From: an uncultured virus (IMG/VR IMGVR_UViG_3300031566_000024)
Taxonomy: Duplodnaviria; Heunggongvirae; Uroviricota; Caudoviricetes
Direction: 5' to 3' (one strand)
Length of the DNA: 64,000 nt
Virus record (IMG/VR): IMGVR_UViG_3300031566_000024
Shown here: in pieces, positions 38,525 to 47,446 of the stretch
Position numbering within the stretch: the first letter of the stretch is position 1
Layout of the letters: every line of letters begins with the position of its first letter
Translations under genes and position numbers: made by a program
Notes under the pieces: model-generated
Seen by the model: only the letters and a program-made list of their open reading frames with translations
What the model was told of the DNA's origin: nothing
The model's database searches: none

Positions 38525-39124
38525 TTATTTTCTCCTTTGTTTTTCCGTTTTATTCCCATGTTTCCAGCCGACATAACATCCGTTATCCAGATGCCAATTA
38601 ACAATATCAAGATTAGTCTGCCCCGGGGCAGTGCCTGGTTTGATTTCCATGTCGTTGTAATTTAAAACAAGGGATGTAAGCTTTGTAAGTCCACTAAGCG
38701 AACTTATGTCGGTTATTTTGTTGTAGTCTAAATAAAGGTATATAAGCCCTGTAAGCCTGCTTAATGTGCTTATGTCACTGATTGAGTTGCCGTCTAAATA
38801 AAGTTCTGTAAGCTTTATAAGCCCTCTTAATGGGTTGATGTCACTTATTGAGTTGTCATTTAAACTAAGGTATATAAGCTCTGTAAGTTCGCTTAATGGG
38901 CTAATATCAGTTATTTTGTTGTTATATAAGTAAAGGTCTGTAAGAGCTGTACAGTACTCTAAACCAGTTATATTTGAAATCTTTTTATTGCTAGCACGTA
39001 ATGATTTTATTCCGACCAAATCAGAAGCTAAAATATCCCCAGTTGGTTTATTGATCTTTAAACGGATGACAGCTTCTAGATTTTTATCAGGGAAATTCAC
39101 AACCATATTATTTTCATTTTTCAT
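38525..39124 (-). CDS. Internalin-like LRR protein 1 (5 LRR units)
   Basis: Start moved to ATG 39124 (MKNENNMVVNFPD, GGGGAG RBS) to match paralogs. Confidence 0.92.
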   Translation of the reverse strand: MKNENNMVVNFPDKNLEAVIRLKINKPTGDILASDLVGIKSLRASNKKISNITGLEYCTALTDLYLYNNKITDISPLSELTELIYLSLNDNSISDINPLRGLIKLTELYLDGNSISDISTLSRLTGLIYLYLDYNKITDISSLSGLTKLTSLVLNYNDMEIKPGTAPGQTNLDIVNWHLDNGCYVGWKHGNKTEKQRRK

Positions 39125-39929
39125 TTGTTTCTCCCCACTCTTCCCTTTTACCATATTGTTTACACACATACCACCACCAATGATTGGTTTTGTCAATGCT
39201 ACACGCATACCGCAATTTATGTTTTTGCATCTTTTTTTCCTCTGTACCGTCTTTTGTGTACATAGTCCTAAACGGGTTACAACAATAACCGGCAATACAG
39301 TTCTTACATGTGTCATCACTTTGTTTTATGACATACTGCTGATTACTAATCAAATCAACACAAGTCTTTTCTTTGTATTCTTTTTTCCATATATACCAAG
39401 CATAGACTTGCATACCTGTTATATATTTTCCGTCATCCCTAATTTCATCGCTTAACATAGGGTAACGGGTGAATGTCTCTATGTTTGTGAGGTAAAACCC
39501 ATTAAGCCCTGTAAATATTTTTTCGGAAAACCTTTGTTGTCCGGAAAAATACGATTGCGGTAGTAAAAAAGCAAATGCTTTTTGCGCAACAAGGCCTGCT
39601 TGCTGGATAAAAGCGCCAGCGTGTATAAACGGCGGATTACCTATTATGTAAGCTGGTTTTTCTGCAACAAAATCAAAAGGTTTTAAGAAATCAAATTCAG
39701 GATACTGAATTGCCTTAACAGTCTTAAAATATTGCTGCAACACCTTTACCATCGCACCCTTACCCGCTGCTGGCTCCAATACTGGCAGCGTAAAATCAAA
39801 AAAATCTTTATACTTATCTATAAATTGTCTTGTCATAGAATAAGGTGTCTGGTAATCATCATCCTTATTGCGTTGACCCTGGTTAACCTTACTATAACAT
39901 TTACCCGTTTTATTTTTTTCTTTTTCCAT
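39114..39929 (-). CDS. DNA amino-methyltransferase (probably N6-adenine) with Cys-rich tail
   Basis: D.Y.TP, LEPAAGKG (SAM binding), IIGNPPF (catalytic), AFLLP, YAWYIW. Confidence 0.88.
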   Translation of the reverse strand: MEKEKNKTGKCYSKVNQGQRNKDDDYQTPYSMTRQFIDKYKDFFDFTLPVLEPAAGKGAMVKVLQQYFKTVKAIQYPEFDFLKPFDFVAEKPAYIIGNPPFIHAGAFIQQAGLVAQKAFAFLLPQSYFSGQQRFSEKIFTGLNGFYLTNIETFTRYPMLSDEIRDDGKYITGMQVYAWYIWKKEYKEKTCVDLISNQQYVIKQSDDTCKNCIAGYCCNPFRTMYTKDGTEEKKMQKHKLRYACSIDKTNHWWWYVCKQYGKREEWGETNEK

Positions 39930-40046
39930 TCTTTTTCCTTAATCCGTATTTATTTAATTCTTGCATTATATAAGCATCCAATAACCAATATAGAATCAAT
40001 CCACCAATAAACATCATGTACAAAAGAAACCACAATTGATAACCCA

Positions 40047-40394
40047 TTAATAATCTCCCTTTTCCTTATTCTCTTTTGCCGTCTTAATATCCGCACGTAT
40101 ACCATCACGCCACGGTGTCTTAACACCTTTGACCCGATGTTCTTTTTTCATACTATAATGATTATGTTCAACTCCTGTAAATTCTTTTCCTTTTTCTGTT
40201 ATATACCAAAAACCGCCTTTTTTGTGCACTCTGTAACCGGTTCCATACAACACCTGTTTCAGCGTGACTTTTTTTGTTTTGATGCTGTCGGGCCATTCCA
40301 TATATATGTTAATTGATTTGACTCCGTGTACACTAACCTTACAAGCCCTTAAAAGTATATCGGCATCTTTTTGTAATTGTTCTGATATTTTCAT
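40047..40394 (-). CDS. Basic hypothetical protein
   Basis: 115 aa; ATGA-coupled. Confidence 0.7.
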   Translation of the reverse strand: MKISEQLQKDADILLRACKVSVHGVKSINIYMEWPDSIKTKKVTLKQVLYGTGYRVHKKGGFWYITEKGKEFTGVEHNHYSMKKEHRVKGVKTPWRDGIRADIKTAKENKEKGDY

Positions 40395-41437
40395 TCCAAA
40401 ATCCCCCTTAATATTATATGCAGGCCCACAACAGGCAGAAAATCAATAAGTATCGCAATAATTACGAAAATAATCAACTGTAATATATTCGCATCGAGAT
40501 TAAACATACTTTGAAAGTGCTCAAAAGGACTTTTAATCTCGATTTTTTCAAACTGGATTTTTTTTGCTTCAATCATTGTGGCCTTTTCATTTTCAAGTCT
40601 GTCAATATCCTTTTCATATTTTTGAATTTGTAAAACCTTTTTCCAGATCCGATCATACAATTTCTTATACTCGTTTGAATCGCTTTCATATTTTTCCATA
40701 CGCGTTTTTAAGTCTTCCCTCATTGAATTTCGATCGGTAATTTCATTATAACAGAAATCTATTTTTTTCTGCAAAGCGGCATATAAGTCAATGTCATTCT
40801 GGTTATTATTGTTTTGAAATCTAATATTATTCTCTTTTGCATCTTTCACAGCCGATTGACCTGTGATCGACGTAAAAACGCTAAACATTGTAATGACTAA
40901 CCATATTGCCAGGTATGTTATCCGTTTTTGTTTGATGCCAAAGTAAAAACACACAATACCAGCAAGAGTCACACTCCCGGAAAATGAGTAGGCAAGATGT
41001 TTGCTTTCAATAAAAAACACAAAAAACTCTTTGGCATACAAAACAGTCAAAATAAGCGGTGTTACTATGGTTGCAAGCACTAACACTAAAAACACAGTTT
41101 TCTTTAATTTTACCCCCTTTTTGTTCGTCTCCTGTGGTGTTTTTACAGGGTCTTTAATTTGCGGTTTTTCTTGTGTTTCTTCCTGTATTTCTTTCTGTAT
41201 TTCTTCCGGAGTCTTTAAAACTTTATAATGTGCCACATTTCTTCCTAATGCTTTTCTTTTTATAAGCGCTTTTAATAGGTCTTGAAGTGTGCCCATATCA
41301 CACTTCATGTACTCAACCATTACAGGGAAAGTCGGAAATGTGTCACGACTTTTTTTTAATCCCTGACTTTTTTTATCTTTTACATAATCAGAAATAAACT
41401 GGTATAAAAGCTTTTGTTGTTTTTCAAACTCTGTCAT
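40391..41437 (-). CDS. Membrane protein: winged-helix-like N-terminus, 3 TM, coiled coil, C-terminal TM
   Basis: PTF..M.EYM......LQ.LL..L...; hydrophobic segments; AGGAG RBS. Confidence 0.75.
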   Translation of the reverse strand: MTEFEKQQKLLYQFISDYVKDKKSQGLKKSRDTFPTFPVMVEYMKCDMGTLQDLLKALIKRKALGRNVAHYKVLKTPEEIQKEIQEETQEKPQIKDPVKTPQETNKKGVKLKKTVFLVLVLATIVTPLILTVLYAKEFFVFFIESKHLAYSFSGSVTLAGIVCFYFGIKQKRITYLAIWLVITMFSVFTSITGQSAVKDAKENNIRFQNNNNQNDIDLYAALQKKIDFCYNEITDRNSMREDLKTRMEKYESDSNEYKKLYDRIWKKVLQIQKYEKDIDRLENEKATMIEAKKIQFEKIEIKSPFEHFQSMFNLDANILQLIIFVIIAILIDFLPVVGLHIILRGILE

Positions 41438-41469
41438 TTCACATTCTCCTTTCTTGATTTACTATCATT

Positions 41470-42039
41470 TTAATCCTTCCAACCCAGTTTTTTTAAAAGC
41501 GATTCTTTACTTTTCCGCCACGCATCCAATGTCGATATACGCATTTGAATAACGGTAAATGGATCTTTACTGTCAATCACGCTTTGTAATATGTTAATCT
41601 CTGTTGTTAGTGAGGTAATTTCTGTTTTAGTTGCTTCTATTAATTTATAATCAGTATAATGTTGTGTAGACTTAACGGGAAATAGTGTAGTGAGATCATC
41701 TGCCATTTGTGCTTTATTACCAGTCATAGACTGCGGTTTAAGTATTTTTTTATACTTTATATGCGGTTGAAAATATCCTGCGGCATTCGCTTTATTCAAA
41801 AACGAACTAATATTAGCAATTATTGTTTTCTTTGTCTTATCGCCTGTATTTTTTTGTTTGTTTATCACTGCCATATATAGTTCTAAGTCTTCTAATGACA
41901 ATGTAAAAACACTTCTAGCCGAATGATTTGTTATGTTAAGTAGCTCAATAATGTTGCGTCTATATGTTGCTTTTACGCCTGAATTTAAATGTGAAAAAAA
42001 CACTTTCATGATACCATTTATACTTTGAATTTTATTCAT
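41470..42039 (-). CDS. Protein resembling an integrase N-terminal (core-binding/SAM-like) domain, no catalytic domain
   Basis: ATYRRNI..L...LSLEDLELYM.......KT....IANISSFL; no catalytic R/HxxR/Y region. Confidence 0.55.
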   Translation of the reverse strand: MNKIQSINGIMKVFFSHLNSGVKATYRRNIIELLNITNHSARSVFTLSLEDLELYMAVINKQKNTGDKTKKTIIANISSFLNKANAAGYFQPHIKYKKILKPQSMTGNKAQMADDLTTLFPVKSTQHYTDYKLIEATKTEITSLTTEINILQSVIDSKDPFTVIQMRISTLDAWRKSKESLLKKLGWKD

Positions 42040-42124
42040 TCTTTACCTTCCTTTTTTAATTGTACACTTCATGCCATTTGTTATAATTTCTAATCTCTTC
42101 TTTCATTTTCCTTCCCCCTTTTAT

Positions 42125-42361
42125 TCAATCTAATTCCAATACTTTTGCTCGCTGATTTTCTGTAATTTCTTTTCTGTAAATCCAACGGTCCCTGTGCTCC
42201 CGACATGCTTCTAATGTAGAACGTACACAAGAAAATAAACCATGTACTTTATGTCGAAAATCATATTGACACATTTCTTTTTTTATAAAAGAACTGTAAA
42301 ACATTTCATAACTCTCTTTACCTTCTTTACAAACACTACAACCGTTTTTATCGCTTTTCAT
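42125..42361 (-). CDS. Small hypothetical protein
   Basis: AAGGTGGTACTTATG start; NGCSVC..G.E.YE.F, QYD.R...G.LFSCV..TLE.CR..RD.W. Confidence 0.8.
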   Translation of the reverse strand: MKSDKNGCSVCKEGKESYEMFYSSFIKKEMCQYDFRHKVHGLFSCVRSTLEACREHRDRWIYRKEITENQRAKVLELD

Positions 42362-42441
42362 AAGTACCACCTTATTTAAAGTTAATTCGCCTACCTTTTA
42401 TTTTTAATGCCGGACGCACTAAACACCCGGCATATTATTAT

Positions 42442-42570
42442 TTAATATTCCTTTTTAATATGCCCCATACTCTCGTAAGATCGCAATCTCTGTGACCGCG
42501 CTTTTAATTTTTCATATTCCGCTTTTGTAATTGTACCCATTATTTCATTGTTTGTATTCTTCTTCTTCAT
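42442..42570 (-). CDS. 42-aa microprotein (not in ORF track)
   Basis: First ORF after the promoter, AAGGTGGTACTTATG start; MKKKNTNNEIMGTITKAEYEKLK... Confidence 0.65.
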   Translation of the reverse strand: MKKKNTNNEIMGTITKAEYEKLKARSQRLRSYESMGHIKKEY

Positions 42571-42621
42571 AAGTACCACCTTAAAGTTAATTTTTAAGCT
42601 AGTTGCCAACTAACTAATATT

Positions 42622-42657
42622 AGTATATTACATAAGTTTGTTTATGTCAACAAGTTT
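42622..42657 (-). promoter_or_regulatory. Conserved-family promoter at the head of the minus-strand operon that ends in the LRR array
   Basis: AAAACTTGTTGACA; -35 at 42645-42650, 17 bp, TATACT at 42622-42627. Confidence 0.85.
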
Positions 42658-43550
42658 TTATATGTTTTCTTAACTTTCTTCATAAACAACTTACTTTCAT
42701 CTTGTGTAAGGTTGTCGGCGGCCTTTTCAGCACTTATAATAAAACTAACTACACCCAAGCTATCAAGTAACAAACTAAGTTTTTGACTACCGTCTCTGCC
42801 TGCGCTATCAGGATCAAAGTAGATGAAAACTACCTTGAAACAAGATAGTAACAAGACTTGTTGCTCTGTGAAGATACGACCTAAGGTCGCGCAAGTGTTA
42901 TCGCCTAACTTCCAAACTTTCATAAATCCCTCTGTTACTATACACCAATCTTTTTGACAGTTATCGAAGTTGTAAAGTATATGCTTATGGTGCACTATCT
43001 CTTTTGGCTTTGAACACGCTTTGTACCGTTGCTCGCTTTGATTAGTTATGTCTCTTCCTTGGTAGCTAACCAACTTTTTATTGTAAAAAAAGGGTACAAC
43101 AACCCTTAATCGATATGCACCAAGTGGGCCGGTCCCTGTTATCTTATACTTATGTATGAGGTAATCAGGGCTAAATCCTCTTTGTTTCAAGTAGTTTTTA
43201 TGTAATTTTGTTAGATTTTGCCCTGGTAATATAACTTTTTTGGGTATTTCTTTTAGTTTTCTTTCATTATTGTTTAATTTTAATAATAATTGATAACCTG
43301 GACGATACTGTTTTACGATCTGTTGTGGGCTCGTATCCGGTGCAAGTAGTTTTAGTGTGGCAAAAATTGATTTTTTACCACATTTCCAACAGCTCGCACC
43401 CATACCATTTTTTGCAATTCCAAAATGGTACCCGTGATCATCACAGCCAGGGAAAGGGCAATGAATATTTAAGAAATTTTCAGACGTGTTTGGACCTTCC
43501 GTAATGAAATCAATATTGTAATCCCCTAGAAACCGTTCAACATCGAACAT
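42642..43550 (-). CDS. DNA primase (DnaG-like)
   Basis: CPF..C.D..YH...CWKCG zinc finger; SYQGR, LYN.D, TEG, FDPD.AG Toprim motifs. Confidence 0.92.
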   Translation of the reverse strand: MFDVERFLGDYNIDFITEGPNTSENFLNIHCPFPGCDDHGYHFGIAKNGMGASCWKCGKKSIFATLKLLAPDTSPQQIVKQYRPGYQLLLKLNNNERKLKEIPKKVILPGQNLTKLHKNYLKQRGFSPDYLIHKYKITGTGPLGAYRLRVVVPFFYNKKLVSYQGRDITNQSEQRYKACSKPKEIVHHKHILYNFDNCQKDWCIVTEGFMKVWKLGDNTCATLGRIFTEQQVLLLSCFKVVFIYFDPDSAGRDGSQKLSLLLDSLGVVSFIISAEKAADNLTQDESKLFMKKVKKTYKNLLT

Positions 43551-43611
43551 TATTTTAAAATTCCTTTTCTGTGATATTAATCTTATTCATTCTTGTACTT
43601 CTTTTTAACGC

Positions 43612-43896
43612 CTACTTGTGACGGTGCCGATGATGTTGTGGTGGTGCCGATAATGGGTGTGGTTTTGGGTAATCAGGTGCGTCACTGTTTTTTGTATATA
43701 CTCTTTTTCTCCCATCCCTGGTTTTTGCATATGCATTATTTATCTTCTCTTCAATTATCTGGTATTTTTTATCAAATTTATGTATAGTTTTCTTTTGTTC
43801 TGCAAAGATTTTTTTTAATTCATACCGCATAATAGTAAACAAACAACCGGATAAAAACACACAAAAACATAACATTCCTGTTTGAAAATCTGTCAT
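43612..43896 (-). CDS. Small membrane protein
   Basis: AGGAGG RBS; N-terminal TM helix. Confidence 0.7.
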   Translation of the reverse strand: MTDFQTGMLCFCVFLSGCLFTIMRYELKKIFAEQKKTIHKFDKKYQIIEEKINNAYAKTRDGRKRVYTKNSDAPDYPKPHPLSAPPQHHRHRHK

Positions 43897-43909
43897 TTAA
43901 AAACCTCCT

Positions 43910-45547
43910 TTATAAGTTCACAATATCCGTAAACCCTTCTTTCTTATAATCATCAATCCTCATAAGTGTATGTTTTTCAAGTATGCAATTATGACTATCA
44001 AAAAAATCATATACATTAACACTAGTTTTACCTGTATCAATCCTTAACGCACGCCCTAACCTTTGTATTGTTTGTATATAGCTTTTTCCCCCGCCGGCAA
44101 TTATCAATGTGCGTATACAATTAATAGATATACCCTGATCAAATATACCGGACGCGATTAATACAAAGTCATCTGTATCATTGAAAAGCTCCACATTATA
44201 TTCACGGATAGACACAGCATCGCTACCGGAAATAAATACGCTGTTAGGGATGATGGAAGCAAGTTTTTGCCCGTGTTCGATCCTTTTCACCAATATCATA
44301 GTTTTGTTTGATTTTAGGGTTATTTCTTTGATCTTTTGATTCCTTATGTCGTTGTCAATAATTCCCATTTGTTCGGCATTTCTCCAGCGTTTCTCGTATA
44401 AGTTATCTGGTTTGGTAATTGGCACCATGAATATTCTAGGCTTTGCTATTTTTTCCTGGGCAATGAGATTTACAGCCGGCAATGTATACTCAATATCTCC
44501 AATGTACTCTTGCACTTTAAGTTTTTTTACTCTTTCTTTTTCGACAAATGGCGTTGCAGAAAAGCCAAACCGGTAAATAAAATCATTACTTTGAAGAAAT
44601 GACCGAAATGTGTATGACACTGCTGTGTGACATTCATCAACAATTACAGTATCATATTTTTCTTTCAACTTGTGTACAGAATTGATACTACACATAATTA
44701 TTTTTCTACCTTTCTCATCAACTACCGCACCTGTAATAATGCCTACATTGAGTCCGGCATCCTGTGCGCGTTTGTAGGTTTGTCTTAATACCGATACCGC
44801 TTTGAACAGTAATAATACTTTTCTATTCATTAATTTACAAAGGGCGAGAAATATTTCAGATTTTCCGCCGCTTGTCGGAAGCTTAATTACCACGTTTACT
44901 TTTTTAAGACAGACCTTAACGGCCTTTATTTGGTAATCATATAATGACAAGTAACCGAGACAATCCTTAATTTCACTGTTTGTAAACTTGTACTTAGTTT
45001 TGTTTCTTTTATCGTTAGTTTTGACCTTGTTATTATCTAGTTTTAATCTAGCTACAAGCCCTTTTTTGAACCCTATACCCATTTTTACATAAGGGTTAGT
45101 TTTGTTTTTTTCTAAACTAGCAAACTCTACTATTTGGCGTTTGCTTGCGTCATATGATCCCGATAAGTAACACATACTATAATCATACGTTTGATATACA
45201 ATCAATAATCTATTGAGAAAATCAGTATCTTTTGATTCTACCGTCAAATGGTTGTTATACAATTGAACGGTAATCGGCTTATTGCTAATTAGTTTGTCTG
45301 AGTTAGTTTCTTTGCAGCCTGGTTTGAAAGTTATATCGAAACCTAATTTTCTAATTATCTTCAATGTTTCCGGGCGGTTATGTACTATCCATTGTTTGTT
45401 ATAGTCTGTGTATTTTCTGTATTTACTTGGAATTGTTCTTATTGCAGCAATGATTTTAATAAATTCCGGACGTGGTAGATATTTTATTTTCAGTGTGAAT
45501 TTGTCATCAACGCAAATCGCCTCAAGCACGATTTCTTTACTAATCAA
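43910..45547 (-). CDS. Superfamily 2 helicase (UvsW-like)
   Basis: LYDYQ, PTSGGKS, DECH, SATP, QRLGR.LR. Confidence 0.93.
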   Translation of the reverse strand: MISKEIVLEAICVDDKFTLKIKYLPRPEFIKIIAAIRTIPSKYRKYTDYNKQWIVHNRPETLKIIRKLGFDITFKPGCKETNSDKLISNKPITVQLYNNHLTVESKDTDFLNRLLIVYQTYDYSMCYLSGSYDASKRQIVEFASLEKNKTNPYVKMGIGFKKGLVARLKLDNNKVKTNDKRNKTKYKFTNSEIKDCLGYLSLYDYQIKAVKVCLKKVNVVIKLPTSGGKSEIFLALCKLMNRKVLLLFKAVSVLRQTYKRAQDAGLNVGIITGAVVDEKGRKIIMCSINSVHKLKEKYDTVIVDECHTAVSYTFRSFLQSNDFIYRFGFSATPFVEKERVKKLKVQEYIGDIEYTLPAVNLIAQEKIAKPRIFMVPITKPDNLYEKRWRNAEQMGIIDNDIRNQKIKEITLKSNKTMILVKRIEHGQKLASIIPNSVFISGSDAVSIREYNVELFNDTDDFVLIASGIFDQGISINCIRTLIIAGGGKSYIQTIQRLGRALRIDTGKTSVNVYDFFDSHNCILEKHTLMRIDDYKKEGFTDIVNL

Positions 45548-45573
45548 TTTGAGCTCCTATTTTTTGTTTTTAT

Positions 45574-45603
45574 ATTATTACCATATCCATAGATTTTTGT
45601 CAA
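45574..45603 (-). promoter_or_regulatory. Promoter for the helicase-primase unit
   Basis: TTGACA, 17 bp, TGG-TAATAA on the minus strand. Confidence 0.65.
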
Positions 45604-45831
45604 GTAATTTGTATTCTTGTAATCAATTGATGTACAAAACTGTAACTAAAAGTATTGATATGTTGTGTAATACGAGAGGTCAATTATAACCAAAATTATA
45701 CAAAAGTGTAACGCATAATGAATGAAAATGTTTAAAATATAAGAAATATGTTTATAAACTTTGTAGAATCAAAAGTATAAAACATACAAGACTACTACAT
45801 AAATGTATAGTAAAAATAGTTAAAATATATG

Positions 45832-45882
45832 TTGACAGCTTTAACCTATTATAGTAGACTCTTTTAACCTATTTAGGTTAAA
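45832..45882 (+). promoter_or_regulatory. Promoter with repeated operator-like sites
   Basis: TTGACA 45832-45837, 17 bp, TAGACT; TTTAACCTATT in the spacer and palindrome TTTAACCTA-TT-TAGGTTAAA 45863-45882. Confidence 0.75.
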
Positions 45883-45987
45883 GTAATAAGCATATATGGT
45901 AAACGTCATTAATCTATATAGTAAAAACCATGTACTATTATTTATAGTTTTTATAAGAAAAATCTGAGATTATAGGAGAAAAATAGC

Positions 45988-47391
45988 ATGAACGATATTG
46001 AAACTGTGGCAAGTGCTGACACGTGGTATTTGTATGGCGATGGATTGCTTTTGGAATTAGGCATGGATACCACTTTACTTTTGTCACGAATAATAAATAT
46101 ATACACCCAATTGAATTTTACAACCGATTACTTTGAGTGTAGTGTTGTATCTATAAGAAGAGAGATTGAAATGTCTGCTCATAGACAACGGATTTCAATA
46201 GAAAAACTAACAAAGTTGGGAATAATAAAGACTAAAAATAGCGATTTGCCTGCAACACGAAAAGTAAAACTTTGTAACACAAACATTATCAATACTGTAA
46301 AGGATGTTTATGGTGGTGAAGAGGGGGGTGGTTTTGAGCAAAACAAAAGTGTCGAATTTGAGTTGATTTTTCCAAAAACACAGTTATATATTACATATAT
46401 AACATTATATTCTCTTTATTATTTATTAATAATAAATAATAGAGTTATCAAAAATGATAACTCCTATTTGTCCACTTTAAATTTTTTTTCAAATAGGAAA
46501 ATACTTTCTTTTGAAGAGAGAGAAAAAAAAACAAAAGAAAAAAACAATGAACTAAAAAACAAAATTTTATCCGATGAAAATTTCTTGGAAATTATAAGAA
46601 CATTTTCAGATTTTCCGGCCCCGGCAGTTACACACAATGTGAACAAAATAACGAACACACTTGCAGAAGCGTACAGTCTATACCAGCACTTGCTTAACGG
46701 TACATTTTTCGATAATTGTAAACAAATCACAGAGCCGTGGATCGTTGCCAATAAAGGCGATTGGAGTAAATTAAAGGAAAAAAAATGGAAACACAAGAAA
46801 ATTATGAAAGTACTGAAAGAGGCCGGAAAACCATATTTACCAGACTATTACCCATTTTCAAAAGATGACAAAAAAAAGATTTTGCCGAAGAGCTTGCCAC
46901 AATTATTTTATAATCCCTTCGTAAAAAAATGCCCGTCTTCTTTTATTCGTGCCTATTTACAGCCGCCGAAACTATCTCCGGTACAAGAAATCACAGACAA
47001 GTACCCGGGAATTACTACTGAAATTTCGCAGATGTGCGACGTAACACCTCGGATAATTATACGTGCTATCACATATTTAGAGCCCTTCTACAATGAAATT
47101 TGTAACAAGTCGATTATTTTTGAAGATGGTAAAAAATACACCCGGTTATCCCTTGACATGGAGTTTTCGCGCCATTTGGGAACGTTTGTAAAGTTTTTAG
47201 GCGTGTATGTCGAGTGGTTAGGGTCTTTATCGGAAAAATGGCGCAACCAGCAATCAGTAAGGCTCGCGGGTGTTACGCGTGGTTGGTTCGACGAGTACTT
47301 GAAAAAAAATTATGATATTATTTTAGAGCCTAATGACAGCTATTTACAACGGTTGGCGCGAGATTTGAAAAGAATGAAATCCGGTTATTGA
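45988..47391 (+). CDS. Putative replication initiator / DNA-binding protein
   Basis: Winged-helix-like N-terminus (F.CS...I..E..MS.H.QR..I.KL...G.I...LPA), AT-rich low-complexity linker, replication context. Confidence 0.65.
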   Translation: MNDIETVASADTWYLYGDGLLLELGMDTTLLLSRIINIYTQLNFTTDYFECSVVSIRREIEMSAHRQRISIEKLTKLGIIKTKNSDLPATRKVKLCNTNIINTVKDVYGGEEGGGFEQNKSVEFELIFPKTQLYITYITLYSLYYLLIINNRVIKNDNSYLSTLNFFSNRKILSFEEREKKTKEKNNELKNKILSDENFLEIIRTFSDFPAPAVTHNVNKITNTLAEAYSLYQHLLNGTFFDNCKQITEPWIVANKGDWSKLKEKKWKHKKIMKVLKEAGKPYLPDYYPFSKDDKKKILPKSLPQLFYNPFVKKCPSSFIRAYLQPPKLSPVQEITDKYPGITTEISQMCDVTPRIIIRAITYLEPFYNEICNKSIIFEDGKKYTRLSLDMEFSRHLGTFVKFLGVYVEWLGSLSEKWRNQQSVRLAGVTRGWFDEYLKKNYDIILEPNDSYLQRLARDLKRMKSGY

Positions 47392-47411
47392 AAAAAAATT
47401 AAAAAAATATC

Positions 47412-47440
47412 TTGACATGTTAAAAAAAATAGGTTATTAT
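47412..47440 (+). promoter_or_regulatory. Promoter of the RNA island
   Basis: TTGACA, 17 bp, TATTAT. Confidence 0.85.
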
Positions 47441-47446
47441 GGCGAA

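Noticed and set aside
34299..39124. CRISPR array or non-coding repeat
   Set aside because: The 66-bp periodicity is in-frame protein repeat; there is no constant repeat/unique spacer structure and no cas gene
38525..39319. 264-aa version of LRR gene 1
   Set aside because: The extension overlaps the MTase; paralogs and RBS place the start at 39124
34618..39455. Plus-strand ORFs over the LRR array
   Set aside because: Antisense shadows of the repetitive LRR frame, without RBS
41470..42039. Functional integrase and temperate lifestyle
   Set aside because: No catalytic domain, repressor or att site identified
34299..42657. Complete diversity-generating retroelement
   Set aside because: No reverse transcriptase, accessory gene or non-coding template repeat seen; only the codon pattern is reported
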